Shown in pieces: positions 13,481 to 26,880 of a DNA stretch of 64,000 nucleotides. The DNA comes from the human T2T-CHM13v2.0 reference genome, Homo sapiens: assembly GCF_009914755.1 (NCBI RefSeq), contig NC_060930.1; one strand, 5' to 3'. The notes under the pieces were generated by a model. That model made no database searches and was not told where the DNA came from. It saw nothing but the letters and a program-made list of their open reading frames with translations. The first letter of the stretch is position 1, and every line of letters starts with the position of its first letter. The position numbers and the translations under genes are program-made.

Positions 13481-13662
13481 ATTTATTTATTCATTGATTA
13501 GCACCTATTATGAACAGTGCTGAGTGTGGAGGATACATCAGTGAATATACTACAATAAAACAGGATTCCTGCCCACATGAAACTTATGTTTTAGGACAGG
13601 GAGATAGATAATAAGCAATTAAGTAATAACATATAAGTATGTGCTATGGGGAGAAATAAAGA
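13481..13662 (-). mobile_element. L2 3' end fragment
   Basis: ttcattgattagcacctattatg...ggatacatcagtgaa...cctgcccacatgaaacttatgttttag. Confidence 0.7.
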
Positions 13663-13679
13663 TAGAATTCTGTGTTGAT

Positions 13680-13830
13680 CTTAGTGATTCATTTATAAAC
13701 AATAGAATTCAGTAGAAGTGAAACTGCTTGATTTCTGAAGCTAGGTCAGGAAAGGCCATGCTACTCTGGCTGCTTTGCTTGGAATGGCCATTCTCAAGAG
13801 ATTTACAACATACTGTGAACTAAGAGACTC
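13680..13830 (+). mobile_element. MLT1 (ERVL-MaLR) LTR fragment
   Basis: aatagaat..agtagaagtga..ctgcttgatttctgaagctaggtcaggaaaggccatgc. Confidence 0.6.
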
Positions 13831-16049
13831 ATGCTGGCTGCTGTACATATCATCTCTGTTCAGAAATCTCTATTCAAGACCTCAGATTTTTCAGACAGCA
13901 TGAAATTGGAGCAAGAGTTATTTGATTACTTCACATGGCTAAAAAAATTAAGCTGTGGTAAACGAGTCATTCCCATAAGAGGCATAAACCTCTCAGTATA
14001 AGAAGTTGAGTTTAATTGACTGGTTACCTCTATGCAGTGCTAGATAAGCATGGTTCATTTTGTTTTACTGACTATATTTCTTTCTGTTCTATGTTTATTT
14101 CCAAATTTTGAGATAAATAGTTCTTTTAAAAATCCCAAATGCCATTAATTTTGTTACCATAAAATATTTCTTTACACCTGAAAGCCATCCTGTTTCTTTA
14201 AGGTGAATTTTAATATAGCTTATCTTATACCATTACTTCAATATTCAGATTCCTAATATTCTAGAAACCAATGATCTCTACCCTCATTACTGAAAAGGAT
14301 GGAACATTTGTACTTACATGGGATATTAAGAGGGTATATTTTCTAAAAGTACCATGACATCAGTAAGTAGGACACAGTTCCAAATAAATCTATAAAATGG
14401 TACATTTATTTTTAATTTATTTTCTTTAAAATTGACATGAGAAGCAGAGGCAATTCACAGAATATAAATGTGACTTGTGATAACATTGGTCTTTATAATA
14501 TAACTAAGTCTTTGTTTGAATGAATATTTTAAAAGTTACTCTTAATAGCTTTGATGACAATTTATAGCATCCGTACCTCCTTTACTACTAGTCCCTATAA
14601 TCAATCCAATCAACTTTTAAAAACTTAAAAACTTAAAATCTTCTTTCTCTAGGAATGTAATTTTCTGTGCCACTAAAATGCAAATCACTACACCTGTGCA
14701 ATTATGCCATGGGTAGGGAGAGTTCTTTAGCCCCTCGATTCTAACGATGCATAGTTGTCACAGTCATTAGTAAGATAGTATAAGGTCTCTGCAAGACTTC
14801 AGAATCAATCAACCTGCAATTATGGCTGTATGTCTATTTATTTGTAAGCAGAGTCTTCATGTCTGATTATCATAAATGAGCTATTTTTTTGGCTGACATA
14901 TGAGGAAGAAAGAATAAATGATATGACATTTAAAGAGGAAATTTATGCAGCCTATGCAGTTTTACACAATTATAAAATCTTTAAGGCGACAAACCTAGCA
15001 GATTATCCTGTCCATCACTCCAATTATGTAGGATTATTCTATATACAGTGTGTGTGATTTTATAGTAATTATCCTCTCGTTGCTTCATTTCGGGGGCTCA
15101 TTCCATGAAATAAGAAAATTTTTGATTAGGACAAAACATACTTAGCTTTTTAGTATGAAATATATTGTTCTTAAAAATGTGATATTTTGAATACAGGGAA
15201 ATTGGCATAATTGCACAAAATGCAGGTGGCCCTTAGGAAATACATAAAAATAGATTTTTAAAATTCAATTTTCATCAAACTTTCCTTTGTTGCTTTGGTA
15301 TTCAGTGAGGTTGGAATGATTGTAAGTCAACCTGCCTGTACACTGTGCTTTATTCAGACACAGATTTTCCAAAGTTCATTGATTTCATGTTGGATCAGAC
15401 TCAGATAGTTAACTTGTATCTGGGTCCACAAAGTTGCAGTCTTTTCCAGGGAAGATTCACTATTTGGCATGTTTATTCAGATTGGCTTGAAAAGAATAAA
15501 AATAAAATTATGGCCATAAAAACAAGTAAATATTTGAGCTGGAGAAGCATTGTGGACATGAGATGCAGAAGGGGAAGAAGCACAGTGTTCTAAAAGATGG
15601 TTATCGAGGTCAGAATAACTATCAATAACTATCACTGGGGTCAAAAGAGGTTAAAGAAGGAGGTTTGGATGGAGATTCTAACCATTAAAATGGCATAAAT
15701 GGCACAGCATAAATAGTTTTATGCTGTGCTGCCTGTGGATGGGATATAGTTGATCAACCCAGAGAAACGTACAAGATCAGATACCCTTAAGTCAAAGCTG
15801 AAAAATACCTTAATTGCTAACACATTTTATTGTGAAAATTAGCCCAGGTATTTATAATATTATTTTATACTACAGGAATACCTAAACATGGCTTCTAATA
15901 AGTAGTGACAAATGTAGAAACATTTTGTTGGTCAATTTTTAGTTCAATTTCTTCCTAAGCTGAACTGCTGTGCACATTTTTCCCTCTTTCCAATGGTGTT
16001 TCTGATGTAGCCTGCTCTTTATTTCATGACTACTGTATTATTTTCTTCC

Positions 16050-16290
16050 TTTACTTATTCATTTCCAGTGCATACTGGAAATGTGTATTGAGAATATATA
16101 ATATACTACGTACTGAGAGCACACAATATACTTCCAGAACATTTGAATCAGTCACTGGGAAAGTAATGGATGAAGTGAAATGCTTTCTGTCCCTCTAGAG
16201 TTTAAAATTCTAGTAATAAAGACAGGCATTAATCATGAGGCTGACATGACAAAACGTGACTTTCAGTTGTTCTGGGAGAAGACACATTAG
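16050..16290 (-). mobile_element. L2 3' end fragment
   Basis: ttattcattt...aatgtgtattgag...tgtccctctagagtttaaaattctagt...gacaggcattaatc. Confidence 0.5.
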
Positions 16291-16319
16291 TGCTTGTTGT
16301 AGTATATTATTAATACATT

Positions 16320-16545
16320 AATAATATTAAGTTAACATTTATGAAGAGCCTATTCTGTGCTGGGTACTGTGTTAAAGGCTTTACATGCAAGAAGAAGCTT
16401 AATCTTCACTACTTCTCATGATACTATTAGATAGGTAGAGTAGTTATGTTCATTTCTAGATGAAGGAATTGAAACAAAGAGATGAAATAACTTTTCAGGT
16501 ATGCATAACTTGTAACATTCAAAGGCAGAATTTGAATTTACAATA
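16320..16545 (-). mobile_element. MIR SINE
   Basis: taacatttatgaagagcctattctgtgctgggtactgtgttaaaggctttacatg...catttctagatgaaggaattgaaac. Confidence 0.8.
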
Positions 16546-18101
16546 GGTAGAATAACATTTCTCCCTTCTGTCTACCCATTCTCCCTGGCTTTTTCCCGCT
16601 GTCAAAGGACAAACTAATCAGAATGAGTGCATGGTTTATTCTGAGGCTGGTTAGTACCTTGGATAGCTCCCAGGGCAGTTTTCAGATGAAGCCCAATGCC
16701 TCATTGGGTCTTTTATTTCCAGAGCATCCCAGGTATCTGGTAGAATTTGCCTCCCCCTTGCTCTCCTTGCAGTGGGTCTCTGAACATTAAAGAGGCTCTG
16801 CCAGTTACATTTAGTAACTCATTCATCAACACTTATTATCTGGAAAACGTTATAGTGGAAGGGTGAAGGGAGTACATATGGAAGCCTATAGGCCAATATA
16901 GGGTCTGAGATGAGGGCGCTTTCTTTTCATTCTCCTCTAATACCTCTCTCCCCCCTAACACAAACATCATCTGTTAGAAGAGAAAGACAGGCCTTTTTAG
17001 CTAGTAAGGTATTCTACAGGGATTTAATGACCCCAGGAGCTCTTGCAGACTTGTAATAACACATTTTGAACAGTTAATCAAGAGTTTAACCAACAAGGAT
17101 TAAGGGTAGAAATTTAAAGTAATTTCACAACATGGGGTATAATTGGTTTCTTTTGTGCTTTGCTCTCTTGTTCAGCCAAATATATCTTACATTTGCTCTA
17201 AAATAAAATTACTTTTCCTCAAAGAAATGTGGTTAATAACTACGGTAACCCCTTCCCCCAAATAAACATAACATATTCTAACCTTCTGATTATTTTTGAT
17301 AGAAAAGAAGATTACTTTTTTCATTGCCTGGGGAAAAAATGCTGCCACTTTTTTTTTTTCATGTGCACAGAGTTCTGCCTCAAAGTTATTTCTTGTTTAG
17401 TTTTCTGTATCATTCCTCTTTTCAGACCCAGAAACAAGGAAGGATTACAAAAGAATAGGACAAGTAAATGATGTGTGGATTCAGATCCTCTCGTCTTTAA
17501 TATCACTGTGAAACCAGATGCATGCTGTCCATCAGAGGCTTTAATCTGCCCTATAATCCTATTGGCAAACTTTTGTATCTGTTCCTTATCATATTCTGGA
17601 AGGAATTCCATGAAAGAGCTTTGAAGCAGGGGAAACATGGTAAAAACAGACCAAAAATCTCATGAGACAGCATTTTAGGGAAAAGTAAATAATGAGAAAA
17701 CTGCTTATATTTTGAGTAATCTAAAATATTTTGATTTTTAGTTTAGGGTTTTAACTACAATTGAGCAATTGTACTAATAAAATCGATCTGCTTTACCTTG
17801 TTTGCTCCTTGAAAATGAGCAAACATTATTTACCTAATTTATAGATATATTAATTGATACTCAAAGAATATAAGTATTTCACTCGAAGTAAGTGAGATCA
17901 GGCATTCTGACTTTCTTTCTAAGCTCTATTTCATTGATCTGCTTCATACATAATAAACCTAAACTGTTTTTTCTTTAACATGAGTAGAATATTACAAATT
18001 AAATTGTGAGGCAAAAACAATAACCAAACCAAAAAGGAGCATGAAATATTCAAATGTCTGAGGTTGATTGAACTATATGATGTTAAAAATACTCAGTTTA
18101 G

Positions 18102-18409
18102 AGCTGGTATGGTGGCTCATGCCTGGAATCACAGCATGTTGGGAGGACAAAGTGGGTGGATCACTTGAGGTTAGGAGTTCGAGATCAGCCTGGCCAACAT
18201 GGTGAAACCCCGCCTCTACTAAAACTACAAAAAGTAGCTGGGCATGGTGGTGGGCACCTGTAGTCCCAGCTACTCAAGAGGCTGAGGCATGAGAATGCTT
18301 AAACCTGGGGAGGTGTAGGTTGCGGTGAGCCTAGATCCTGCCATAGTACTCCAGCCCGGGTGACAGAAGGAGACCCTGTCTCAAAAAGAAAACAACAACA
18401 ACAAAAAAA
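18102..18409 (+). mobile_element. Alu (AluSz-like), full length
   Basis: Dimeric Alu with A-rich tail; degenerate TSD ending ctcagttt on both sides. Confidence 0.95.
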
Positions 18410-18662
18410 CCCACCTCAGTTTGGTTTAATATGCTGTCTACTAGAGAGCCTTTCTAATTTAGGCTAATGTGGAGATATAGCCTTATTGGATTATGTGAAA
18501 ATAAATAATATATTACATTTATATTAACATGGGCTATTTAAAAACATATTATTGATTAAAGATACATTTCTATCATAAATGTGATGAATAAATTATAATC
18601 AATTGTTATTAAATAAATGCGCACGTCTAACATTCCCAAGCACCAGAACCAGGTATCCTTTT

Positions 18663-18960
18663 TTTTTTTCCCTTTTGAAACAGGGGTCTCACTCTGTAGC
18701 CCTAGCTGGAGGGCAGTGGCACGATGTTGGGTCACCGCAACCTCTGTTTCCCGGATTCAAGCGATTCTCCTGCCTCAGTCTCCCAAGTAGCTGGAGTTAC
18801 AGTCGTGAGCCCACCAGGCCCGGCTAATTTTTGTACTTTTAGTAGAGACGGGGTTTCGACATGTTGGCCATGCTGGTCTCTAACTCCCGATCTTAGGTGA
18901 TCTGCCGGCCTTGGCTTCCCAAAGTGCTGGGATTACAGGCGTTAGTCACCACACCCGGCG
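18663..18960 (-). mobile_element. Alu (AluSx-like), full length
   Basis: Dimeric Alu; TSD ccaggtatcctttt (18649-18662) / ccaggtatgctttt (18961-18974). Confidence 0.95.
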
Positions 18961-19699
18961 CCAGGTATGCTTTTAAAAAGGCAGAATATTTCTCTAGGGT
19001 ATCTTATATCGTGAACTTATTTTAACATACTTACATATGTAGGTAGTGCAAAAGTGTTTATTTCTGTAATGCAATTATAAATAATTGTCTAAATAAAAGT
19101 GTAAAAATGAAACACTACTCTATGTTATCACGGTGTAGGGTTATTGCTGAAAATAATCATTACTACTGATGAACAATGGTTATGTAAAGGAATGTTAGCG
19201 CTGGCCATATCTATTTTAAAACTAATGTGGTATTGATTTTGCTCAATAAATTGGGTTCAGCATAAGCAACAGTTTTTTCAGCCTGAACCTATCTTGGAGT
19301 TTTCTTCACAGCAAAACAATGATTTTAAAATGTTGTCTTCTAAGTCATTTTTCATCAAATACTAAGAAACAACATGTTTGTTTTGGGTTAACAACTTTGT
19401 CAAACTTCAAAATTCAGAAGAATAATCTTTTAAAGTTCATGTATTTAAAAATAAAATATGTTAAATTTAGTTTTACAGAAGGGAAAAACTCAAAGTAAGA
19501 TTTAAGGAAAGAAATATTGAACATATAAATATATTCTCTCTAAAATGGTAGTTATGTCTTAAAGATACTTGTAAGATTAGAAAAAGTCAATAAAACTGTT
19601 TTCAATAATTATGTTTTTAAAGACCATCTTTAAAACTTTTAATGAACTGATTAATATATGATATAAAATAACTCACATTCATGTTTCCCATGTCTTGAT

Positions 19700-20125
19700 A
19701 TTTTAAGTTATGTTGATAGTCTTACACTGTCAAGATATCAAACATTTGCATTCCTTTTGTAACTATAATTCCTATAACTGTTTATTTGCATGTTCAAATT
19801 GATCAATAATGTATCCATTCATTCTACGATGGCTTTTCCCTCCCATTTATTTATCCTTGGCTCTTATTAACTTGATTTTTTTAATGTAGGTTTTTAAAAA
19901 GACATTTTACTAGTTGACAAATTCTTCAAATTAGCCTTTGAGAATGCCTATTCATTATATTATGAATAATTACCATAGCGGCTGGTTATAACATTCTGAG
20001 TCATAATTTCTTTCACTCAGAATTTAGCCATTTCCACATGTCTTTTGGCATCGTATGTTGCTGTGGAGAATCATAGGCTAGCCTGTTTATTATTATTTTC
20101 TCTGTTTAGATGAATTGCCTTTTGT
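19700..20125 (-). mobile_element. Very old L1M/HAL1 ORF1-region fragment
   Basis: gctggttataacattctgagtca...tttccacatgtcttttggcatc..tgttgctgtggagaa. Confidence 0.5.
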
Positions 20126-20184
20126 AAATTTTTTTGGAAGAAAGTAACTACTTTTGAGTTTTCAATAGAATATAAGACCCCAAT

Positions 20185-20395
20185 TATAAGTCACTTATAT
20201 CATATTCATATTCAAAGTACTTTAATCTCATTTCATTTAGTCTCCACAATAAGTTTGTAAAATAAATATTCTTTCCACATTTCATAAGATGAAAATAAAT
20301 TTCAAATATTGTAAATGATTTTTTCAGGTTTTAGATAGGGTACTAAACTAAAATTGAACTTAAACCTAATTCTAAATTCAGTGTTCTTTGTATAT
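20185..20395 (-). mobile_element. Degenerate MIR
   Basis: atctcatttcatttagtctccacaataa...ccacatttcataagatgaaaa...ttctaaattcagtgttcttt. Confidence 0.5.
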
Positions 20396-20497
20396 TCTTG
20401 GCTTTTTAAGATGACTACAAAAATTAGTTTTGGTTAGCATTTTCTGTACCATTTAGGAAGAAATAAATTCATTACTAATTAAAAATTTTTAACTACT

Positions 20498-20857
20498 TGT
20501 TATGAATTACATGATTCTGTCACCCCTATATTCACATGTTGAAACCTTAGCCCCCAGTAAGATAGTAGTAGAAAGTGAGGCCTTTGAGAGGGAATTAGAT
20601 CATGAAGTTGGAGACCCTAAGATGAAGTTAGTGTTCATAAAAGAATAGGAAGAGTGCTAATCCTCTCTCTTTTCCGCTCTGTGAGGATACAATGAGAAGT
20701 ATGTAGTTTGCAACCTGGAAGGGGGTCCTCACCAGAACTCTACCATGTTGGTATCCTGGTCTTGGACTTCCAGTCTCCAGAACAGTGACAAATAAATTTC
20801 TATTGTTTTTACAAGCTTTCGGTCTACAGTACTTTGTTATAGCATCACAAGTTAAGT
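20498..20857 (+). mobile_element. MLT1A-type solo LTR
   Basis: tgttatg...ttcacatgttgaaaccttagccccc...gtgaggatac...tggacttccagtctccagaac...aataaatttc...ttgttatagca. Confidence 0.85.
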
Positions 20858-20860
20858 GTG

Positions 20861-20901
20861 TAGGTAGGTAGATAGAAGGATGGATAGATAGATAGATAGA
20901 T

Positions 20902-20942
<41 letters not shown>
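20861..20942. repeat. Compound (TAGA)n tetranucleotide microsatellite
   Basis: (TAGG)2...(TAGA)4 T (TAGA)10. Confidence 0.95.
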
Positions 20943-21659
20943 CTCACATAGATTTACTATAACAATGAGCTTTGCAGGTATTATAATTCATTGATGACAA
21001 ACTTCCTTATAAGATAACTAAATTTTTGCTATTCAAATTATGCATACAACATTATATTGACTTGATTATTTTCAAGACATAAAATTATACATTATTTGAT
21101 TCATAAAATAATTAATATATTATTAGCTCGAATGACTTAAAAAAAATTCCCAAGTCCCGTGACTTGCAAATTTTTCAGATTTTAGCATCATTTTTCTTGT
21201 TTTATAAGGACATGGTATGACTTACAGGAGATTTGATAATAGGGTTTCATTTATGATATTTGAACTTTTCTCAGTTTTGATTACTAACAAAACTATATTG
21301 TAACCAGAGGTTTAACAAGTATGTCAAAAAATAGAGTATAATTATTTTTCACTTTCCAGGAAAACAAAAATATTTTTAAACATAGTTACCAGTTTAAAAT
21401 TCGAAGTCTCTTTGCTTCTCTGTCCTTTTCTTCTTAGACAATAAAGATTATTTATGCCTTTTAAGAATCCAACATGATTATGTTTTGGCATTTATTTTTA
21501 CCTCATTAAAACAGTTAATAAAAAGTACAGTTATTTTCTAATAAAAATAACATTAAACATCTGTGATTACAATAGAAGTAGGGCATTTTTCTGATGTTAT
21601 TTATTATTTGTATTATTATCTCTCTAAATATCTCTTGTAGGTAAATTTAATTTTTGTAT

Positions 21660-21905
21660 TACTATGATAATGACTATTATTTATTAAGGATTTGCTATAT
21701 CTAAAGCACTCTACTAAATACCTTAAATATATCATATTTTTAATTTTCATATGAGCTGTATCAAAAGAATGTTATGTGTTCCTATTTTTCACATTATAGA
21801 ACATGTTTCGGGGGGTTAAATACATTGAGCAAGATCAGTAAGCGGAGGGGTCAATGTCTGAACCCATGTTTGACTTCAAAGCTGTTTTATAAATGTTTTA
21901 CTACA
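21660..21905 (-). mobile_element. MIR SINE
   Basis: atttattaaggatttgctatatctaaagcactctactaaatacctta...ggttaaatacattgagcaagatca...tttgacttcaaagc. Confidence 0.7.
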
Positions 21906-22182
21906 CTTTGTATACCCAAAATGGCTTATCAATCTTCAAACACAATAATAAAATCAGAGATTAAATAAGATTCAGAAATTTAACCTGATGAAACATAAAG
22001 ATTCTGTCATCAACCAAAGAGCATTGTTAAAATCTTTATGTATTATGCTTTTAAAGCAGTTATACAGCTTATATCTAAGTAACTATCTTAAGTACCTCCA
22101 ATATCCTGGAAAATTACTCATCAGCATCCTAGAGCTGAATGCAATCTTTTATAGCAAGTCTTAGGATAATTTAATTCTCACA

Positions 22183-25100
22183 TTTTTTAATTTTAATTTT
22201 TTATTGACCCATTATAATTGTACCTATTTATAAGGGCATTTATGATGTTTTGATACATGTCATTAAATCAGTGTAATTAGCTTACCCATAATCTCAAACA
22301 TCTATCATTTTTTGTGTTGAGAACATCTAATTGACTCCTTCTAGCTATTTGAAACTATATATTATTGTTAACTGTAGTTATCCAATAGTGCTACAGAACA
22401 CTAGAATTTATTTCTACAATCTGCTGTGATTTTTTATCCTTTAATAAATCTCTCCCTATGCCTTCCTTTCTCCTAGCCTTCTCAGCTATTCCTCTGTTCC
22501 ACTTTTTACTTTCATAAGATCAAATTTTTTTTAGCTTCCACATATAAGTGAGAATATGTGGTGTTTAACTTTCTGTTTCTGGCTTATTTTACTTACCATA
22601 ATGTATTCAAGTTTCATCTATGTCACTGTGAATGACAAGATTTCATTTTTTTTTCTGACTGAATAGCATTCCATTGTGTATACGTACCACATTTTCTTTA
22701 ACCATCCATGTGTTGTTTAACACTTAGGTTGATTCCATATCATGGTTATTGTGAATAGTGCAGCAATAAACATGACAGTGCAGATGTCTCTTCGATGTAC
22801 TGATTCCCTTTCCTTTAGATAAATTTCCAGTAGTGGAATTACTGGATCTTATTGTAGTTCTAAATGTTCATACTTCCCAAAGCAATCTACAGATTCAACC
22901 CAATCATGCCAAATAAAATCATATCAAGCCAAAAAACTTGTGCACTACAAAGGAAACAATCAACAGAGTGAAGAGACAACCCACAGAATGGGAGAAAATA
23001 TTTGCAAACTATCCACCTGATAAGAGATTAATAATCAGTATAGTTCAAACAACTCAAAAGAAAAAATACAATTTTAAAATGGGCAAAAGATCTGAATAAA
23101 CATTTCTCAAAAGAGGACATACAAAGGCCAACAGTTATACCAAAAATGCCCAACATCACTAATTGTCAGAAAAATGCTAATCAAAACTACAAGAAGATGT
23201 ATTACCCAAGTTAAAATGGCGTTGATCCTAAGGACACGCAATAATGAATGCTGGCAAACATGAAGAGAAAAGGAGACCTTCGTACACTGCTGGTAGGAAT
23301 GTAAATTATTGCAGCCACTAGTGATCCTTTGTATTTTTCTGGTATCCATTGTGACATTTCCTTTTTCATTTCTGATTTTATTTGGGTCTTCTCTTTCTTC
23401 TTAGTCTAGTTGTGGGTTTGTCGATTTTGTTTCTTTTCAAAAAACTTTTCGTTTGCTAATATTTCGTTTCAATTTCATTTCTGCTATTTCTTTTCTTCTA
23501 ATAATTTTGTGTTTAGCTTGTTCTTGATGTTTTAGTTCCTTGAGATGCACTATTAGGTTATTTATTTGAAATCTTTCTATTTTTTGATGTGGATTTTTAT
23601 TGCTATACATTGCTTCTTAATATTGATTTTGCTGTGTCCCATAGGTCTTGGTATGTTGTATTTCTATTGTCATTTGTTTTAAGGAATTGTTTTTCCTTCT
23701 TAATTTCTCCCTTCACTGATTGGTCACTCAAGAGCATATTGTTTAATTTTCTCATATTTGTATAGTTTCAAATGTTCCCCTTTTTATTTATTCCTAGTTT
23801 CTTCCATTGTGGTCAGATGAGATACTTGATATGATTTTGATTTAAAAATATTTTTGAGGTTTATTTTGTATTCTCATATATGGTCAATTCTGGAAAATAT
23901 TCCATGTACTAATAAAAAATGTGTATTTTGCAGCTGTTGTGTAAAATGTTCCATAAATGTCTGTTAGGTACATTGGACATTTGGTCTATGGCACAGATTA
24001 AATCTGTGCCATAGATGATGTGCCTAGATTACCTGTCCAATGCCGAGAGTGGGGTGCTGCAGTTCCCAATGTTGTATTGGGGTCTATCTCTCCCTTTACG
24101 TCTAATTATATTTGTTGTATAGATATGGGTGCTCTGCTATTGGGTACATATATATTTATAATTGTTACATTCTCGCTGAATTTATATGTTTATTATTATA
24201 TAATGTCCATCTTTGTCTCTTTTTGTAGCTTTGGGTTTTAAGTCTCTTTTGTTTCACATAAGAATATCTATTCCGTGAAATTCTTTATAATTTTAATAAC
24301 ACTGGTATCTTTTAGGGATAGTATTTGGTTTTCTTTTTATTATTATAAGTTTTAGGGTACATGTGCACAACGTGCAGGCTTGTTACATATATGTACATGT
24401 GCCATGTTGGTGTGCTGCACCCATTAAGTTGTCATTTACATTAGGTATATCTCCTAATGCTATCCCTCCCCACTCCCCCCCACCCCACAACAGGCCCCGG
24501 TGTGTGATGTTCCCCTTCCTGTGTCCAAGTGTTCTCATCGTTCAGTTCCCACCTATGAGTGAGAACATGCGGTGTTTGGTTTTTTGTCCTTGCAATAGTT
24601 TGCTGAGAATGATGGTTTCCAGCTTCATCCATGTCCCTGCAAAGGACATGAACTCAAAATCATGATTCCTAATGGTTACATGGAACATGTTTTATGACTG
24701 AACCATGCACTGTTTGTCTATTCCCTAACTGTTGTATATGTATGTTGGTTCAGATTTTACAATATTATAAATACTTCTGTAATAAACACATTTACATATA
24801 AATCTAAAAAAAAAGAATATCTATTCCTGCAAATTCTACTGTTCATATAATGGGGATTCCCTTTTATGTCACTTGACACTTTTGTTGTTGTAAACATTCT
24901 CTGCTTGTCTGACTTTTGATAATTTGACTATAATGTGCCTCAGAGAGGACCTGTTTCAGTTGAATCTATTTGGGACTTTTGAGCTTCCTGGATCTGGATG
25001 TCCATCTCTTCCTACTTGGGACATTTCCAGCTATTATTTTATTAAATGTTTGTTACAGCTTTTCCTTTCTTTATGGAATATTCATATTTGTGAACATTTG

Positions 25101-26880
25101 TTCACTTTATGGTGTTCCATAAGTCGTGGGCTTTCTTCATTCTTTTTTATTTTTTTAATCTTTTTTTTCTGCCTGTTTATTTCAAAAGACCTGTCTTCAA
25201 GGTCAGAAATTCTGTTTTCTGCTTGGTCTATCTGGTCTGTTGTTGAAGCCCTTGATTGTATTTTTATTTCATTCAGTGAGTTATTCAGTGTTAGGATTTC
25301 TGTTTGGTTCCTTTTTAAATAATATCTATCTCTTTGTTGAATTTCTAATTCAAATAATGCATTATTTTCCTGATTTTGTTGAATTGTCTATTTGTATCCT
25401 CCTGTATCTCATGGAGTGTCCCTAAAATTATTATTTTGAATTCTTTTCTGGCATTTTGTATATTTCCTTATGATTGGGGCCTATTACTGGAGAACTACTG
25501 CATTCCTTTTGGGTTATCATGTTTTCCTTTTCCTTATTTTTTCGTGTTTTATGTGTTCCTACATTGATTTCTATGCATCTGTTGGAAAAGTCACCTCTTC
25601 TACTTTTATAGAGTAGGTCTTGTAAGGAAAGACTTATTCATACAGATGGATCTTGAGGTGTCATTTGAGTGACGTGTGCATTGGCTTTGGTTCTAGGTGT
25701 ATATAATAGTGTAGTCTTTGTGTAGTTTCCTCAGCTGTAATCTATGCTAGTGACATTTGCAAGTGTATCAGTGTGAAAGTTTGAGGTGGCAATAGCACAG
25801 TTTTGCTGGAGTACACTCAGTGGGCTATTTTTCAGGTTGAGAATTGCATGCATGCACACATGGCGTTGGCCAACTTGAGGTCTGACTCACTGGGGTTGTG
25901 GCCACAGGGCTGTTTCTCAGGTCAGAGATTCAGGCTTATGGCTGTTCAGCTGGCCTGGGGGCCTGTCTGCCTGGGATGGCCCATGGGCTCTTTCTCAGGC
26001 ACTGAGCATGAGTATGGGGCCATTGCACAGGACTAGGGCATGTCTGCAGGGTGTGAGGGAACCATGGAGCTGTTTTTCAGGCACTGGATACAGGTGTATA
26101 GCCACTCTGCCATTCCAGGGGTGTGTCAGCTTCTCAGTAGCTCAAGGATCTCTCCAGTTTGGGGGAGTTCCTCATGTAGTGCTTTGGTCTGCTCAAGGAT
26201 AGGCTCACCCTAGGTGGGAATGCCAGATTGTTCCTCTAGCTGAAAGTGCAGGCAGCAGGGATTGTTTTGCCTGCTGTGCAGGACCAGAGTCACAGTTGAT
26301 TCTGGTCCCAGGGCAGGAGACATGCCGTCGCTATTGGCTCCAGAACATGGCATACTCCAGAAGGGGGTCTGTTCTCAAGATAGTGCTGTGCTGCAGCAGC
26401 TTGGCTCATAGGGGGTGGGTGGAATGTGGGAAGTGCGTACCTTGTGCTCCTCATCTGGAGTGAAGCAGCTGCATGAATTCATAGCAGCTCCCCAAACAAG
26501 GTTCAGGACTCGCAAGGACTCCAAGATTCTCCTGTAATAAGAACTGTAGGTCTTTGCAGTGGCAGTGGGAGCTGGTAGGGTTCTTTTGCTTACCTTTTCC
26601 CCACAAGGGCAAGTCCCTTGTGACTCTGGGTTGATCCAGGTGGGAGAGATCTGGCTGCAGTGACAGGTACCTCCATCCCACCCTGTGGGCTTCCAGTCAT
26701 CACAGGTGCATCTCCACTAACTCGCTGCACTCCGGCTTCTTCCCTTCAACACTCCAGTCAAATGATAAATGTTTATTTGTTGATTTTCCTTGGTTGTTTT
26801 TTGGTGTATGTGGTGGTGGGGAAGGGGGGATGAGTGCCATGTGCCTCTAGTCAGCGATCTTGGCAACATCACTTTTTTTC
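22183..26880 (-). mobile_element. L1MA element with both termini, an internal inversion (22863-23320, + strand) and internal deletions
   Basis: L1MA 3'UTR at 22183-22862 (-); sense ORF2 pieces at 22863-23320; antisense ORF2/EN, ORF1 and 5'UTR at 23321-26873 ending ctagtcagcgatcttggcaacatcact. Candidate TSD ttctcacatttttt (22175) / ctctcacatccttt (26881). Confidence 0.85.
24275..24812 (+). mobile_element. L1PA5-type insertion with 3' transduction and inversion (L1 3' end at 24329-24656 on -; poly(A) on +)
   Basis: Exact 15-bp TSD aagaatatctattcc (24260-24274 / 24813-24827); AATAAA at 24781-24786; A-run from 24806. Confidence 0.9.

Noticed and set aside
14630-14718. Possible 60-nt exon (ttctttctctag...TGG/gtaggg)
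   Set aside because: Weak donor and no recognisable peptide; such matches are common by chance.
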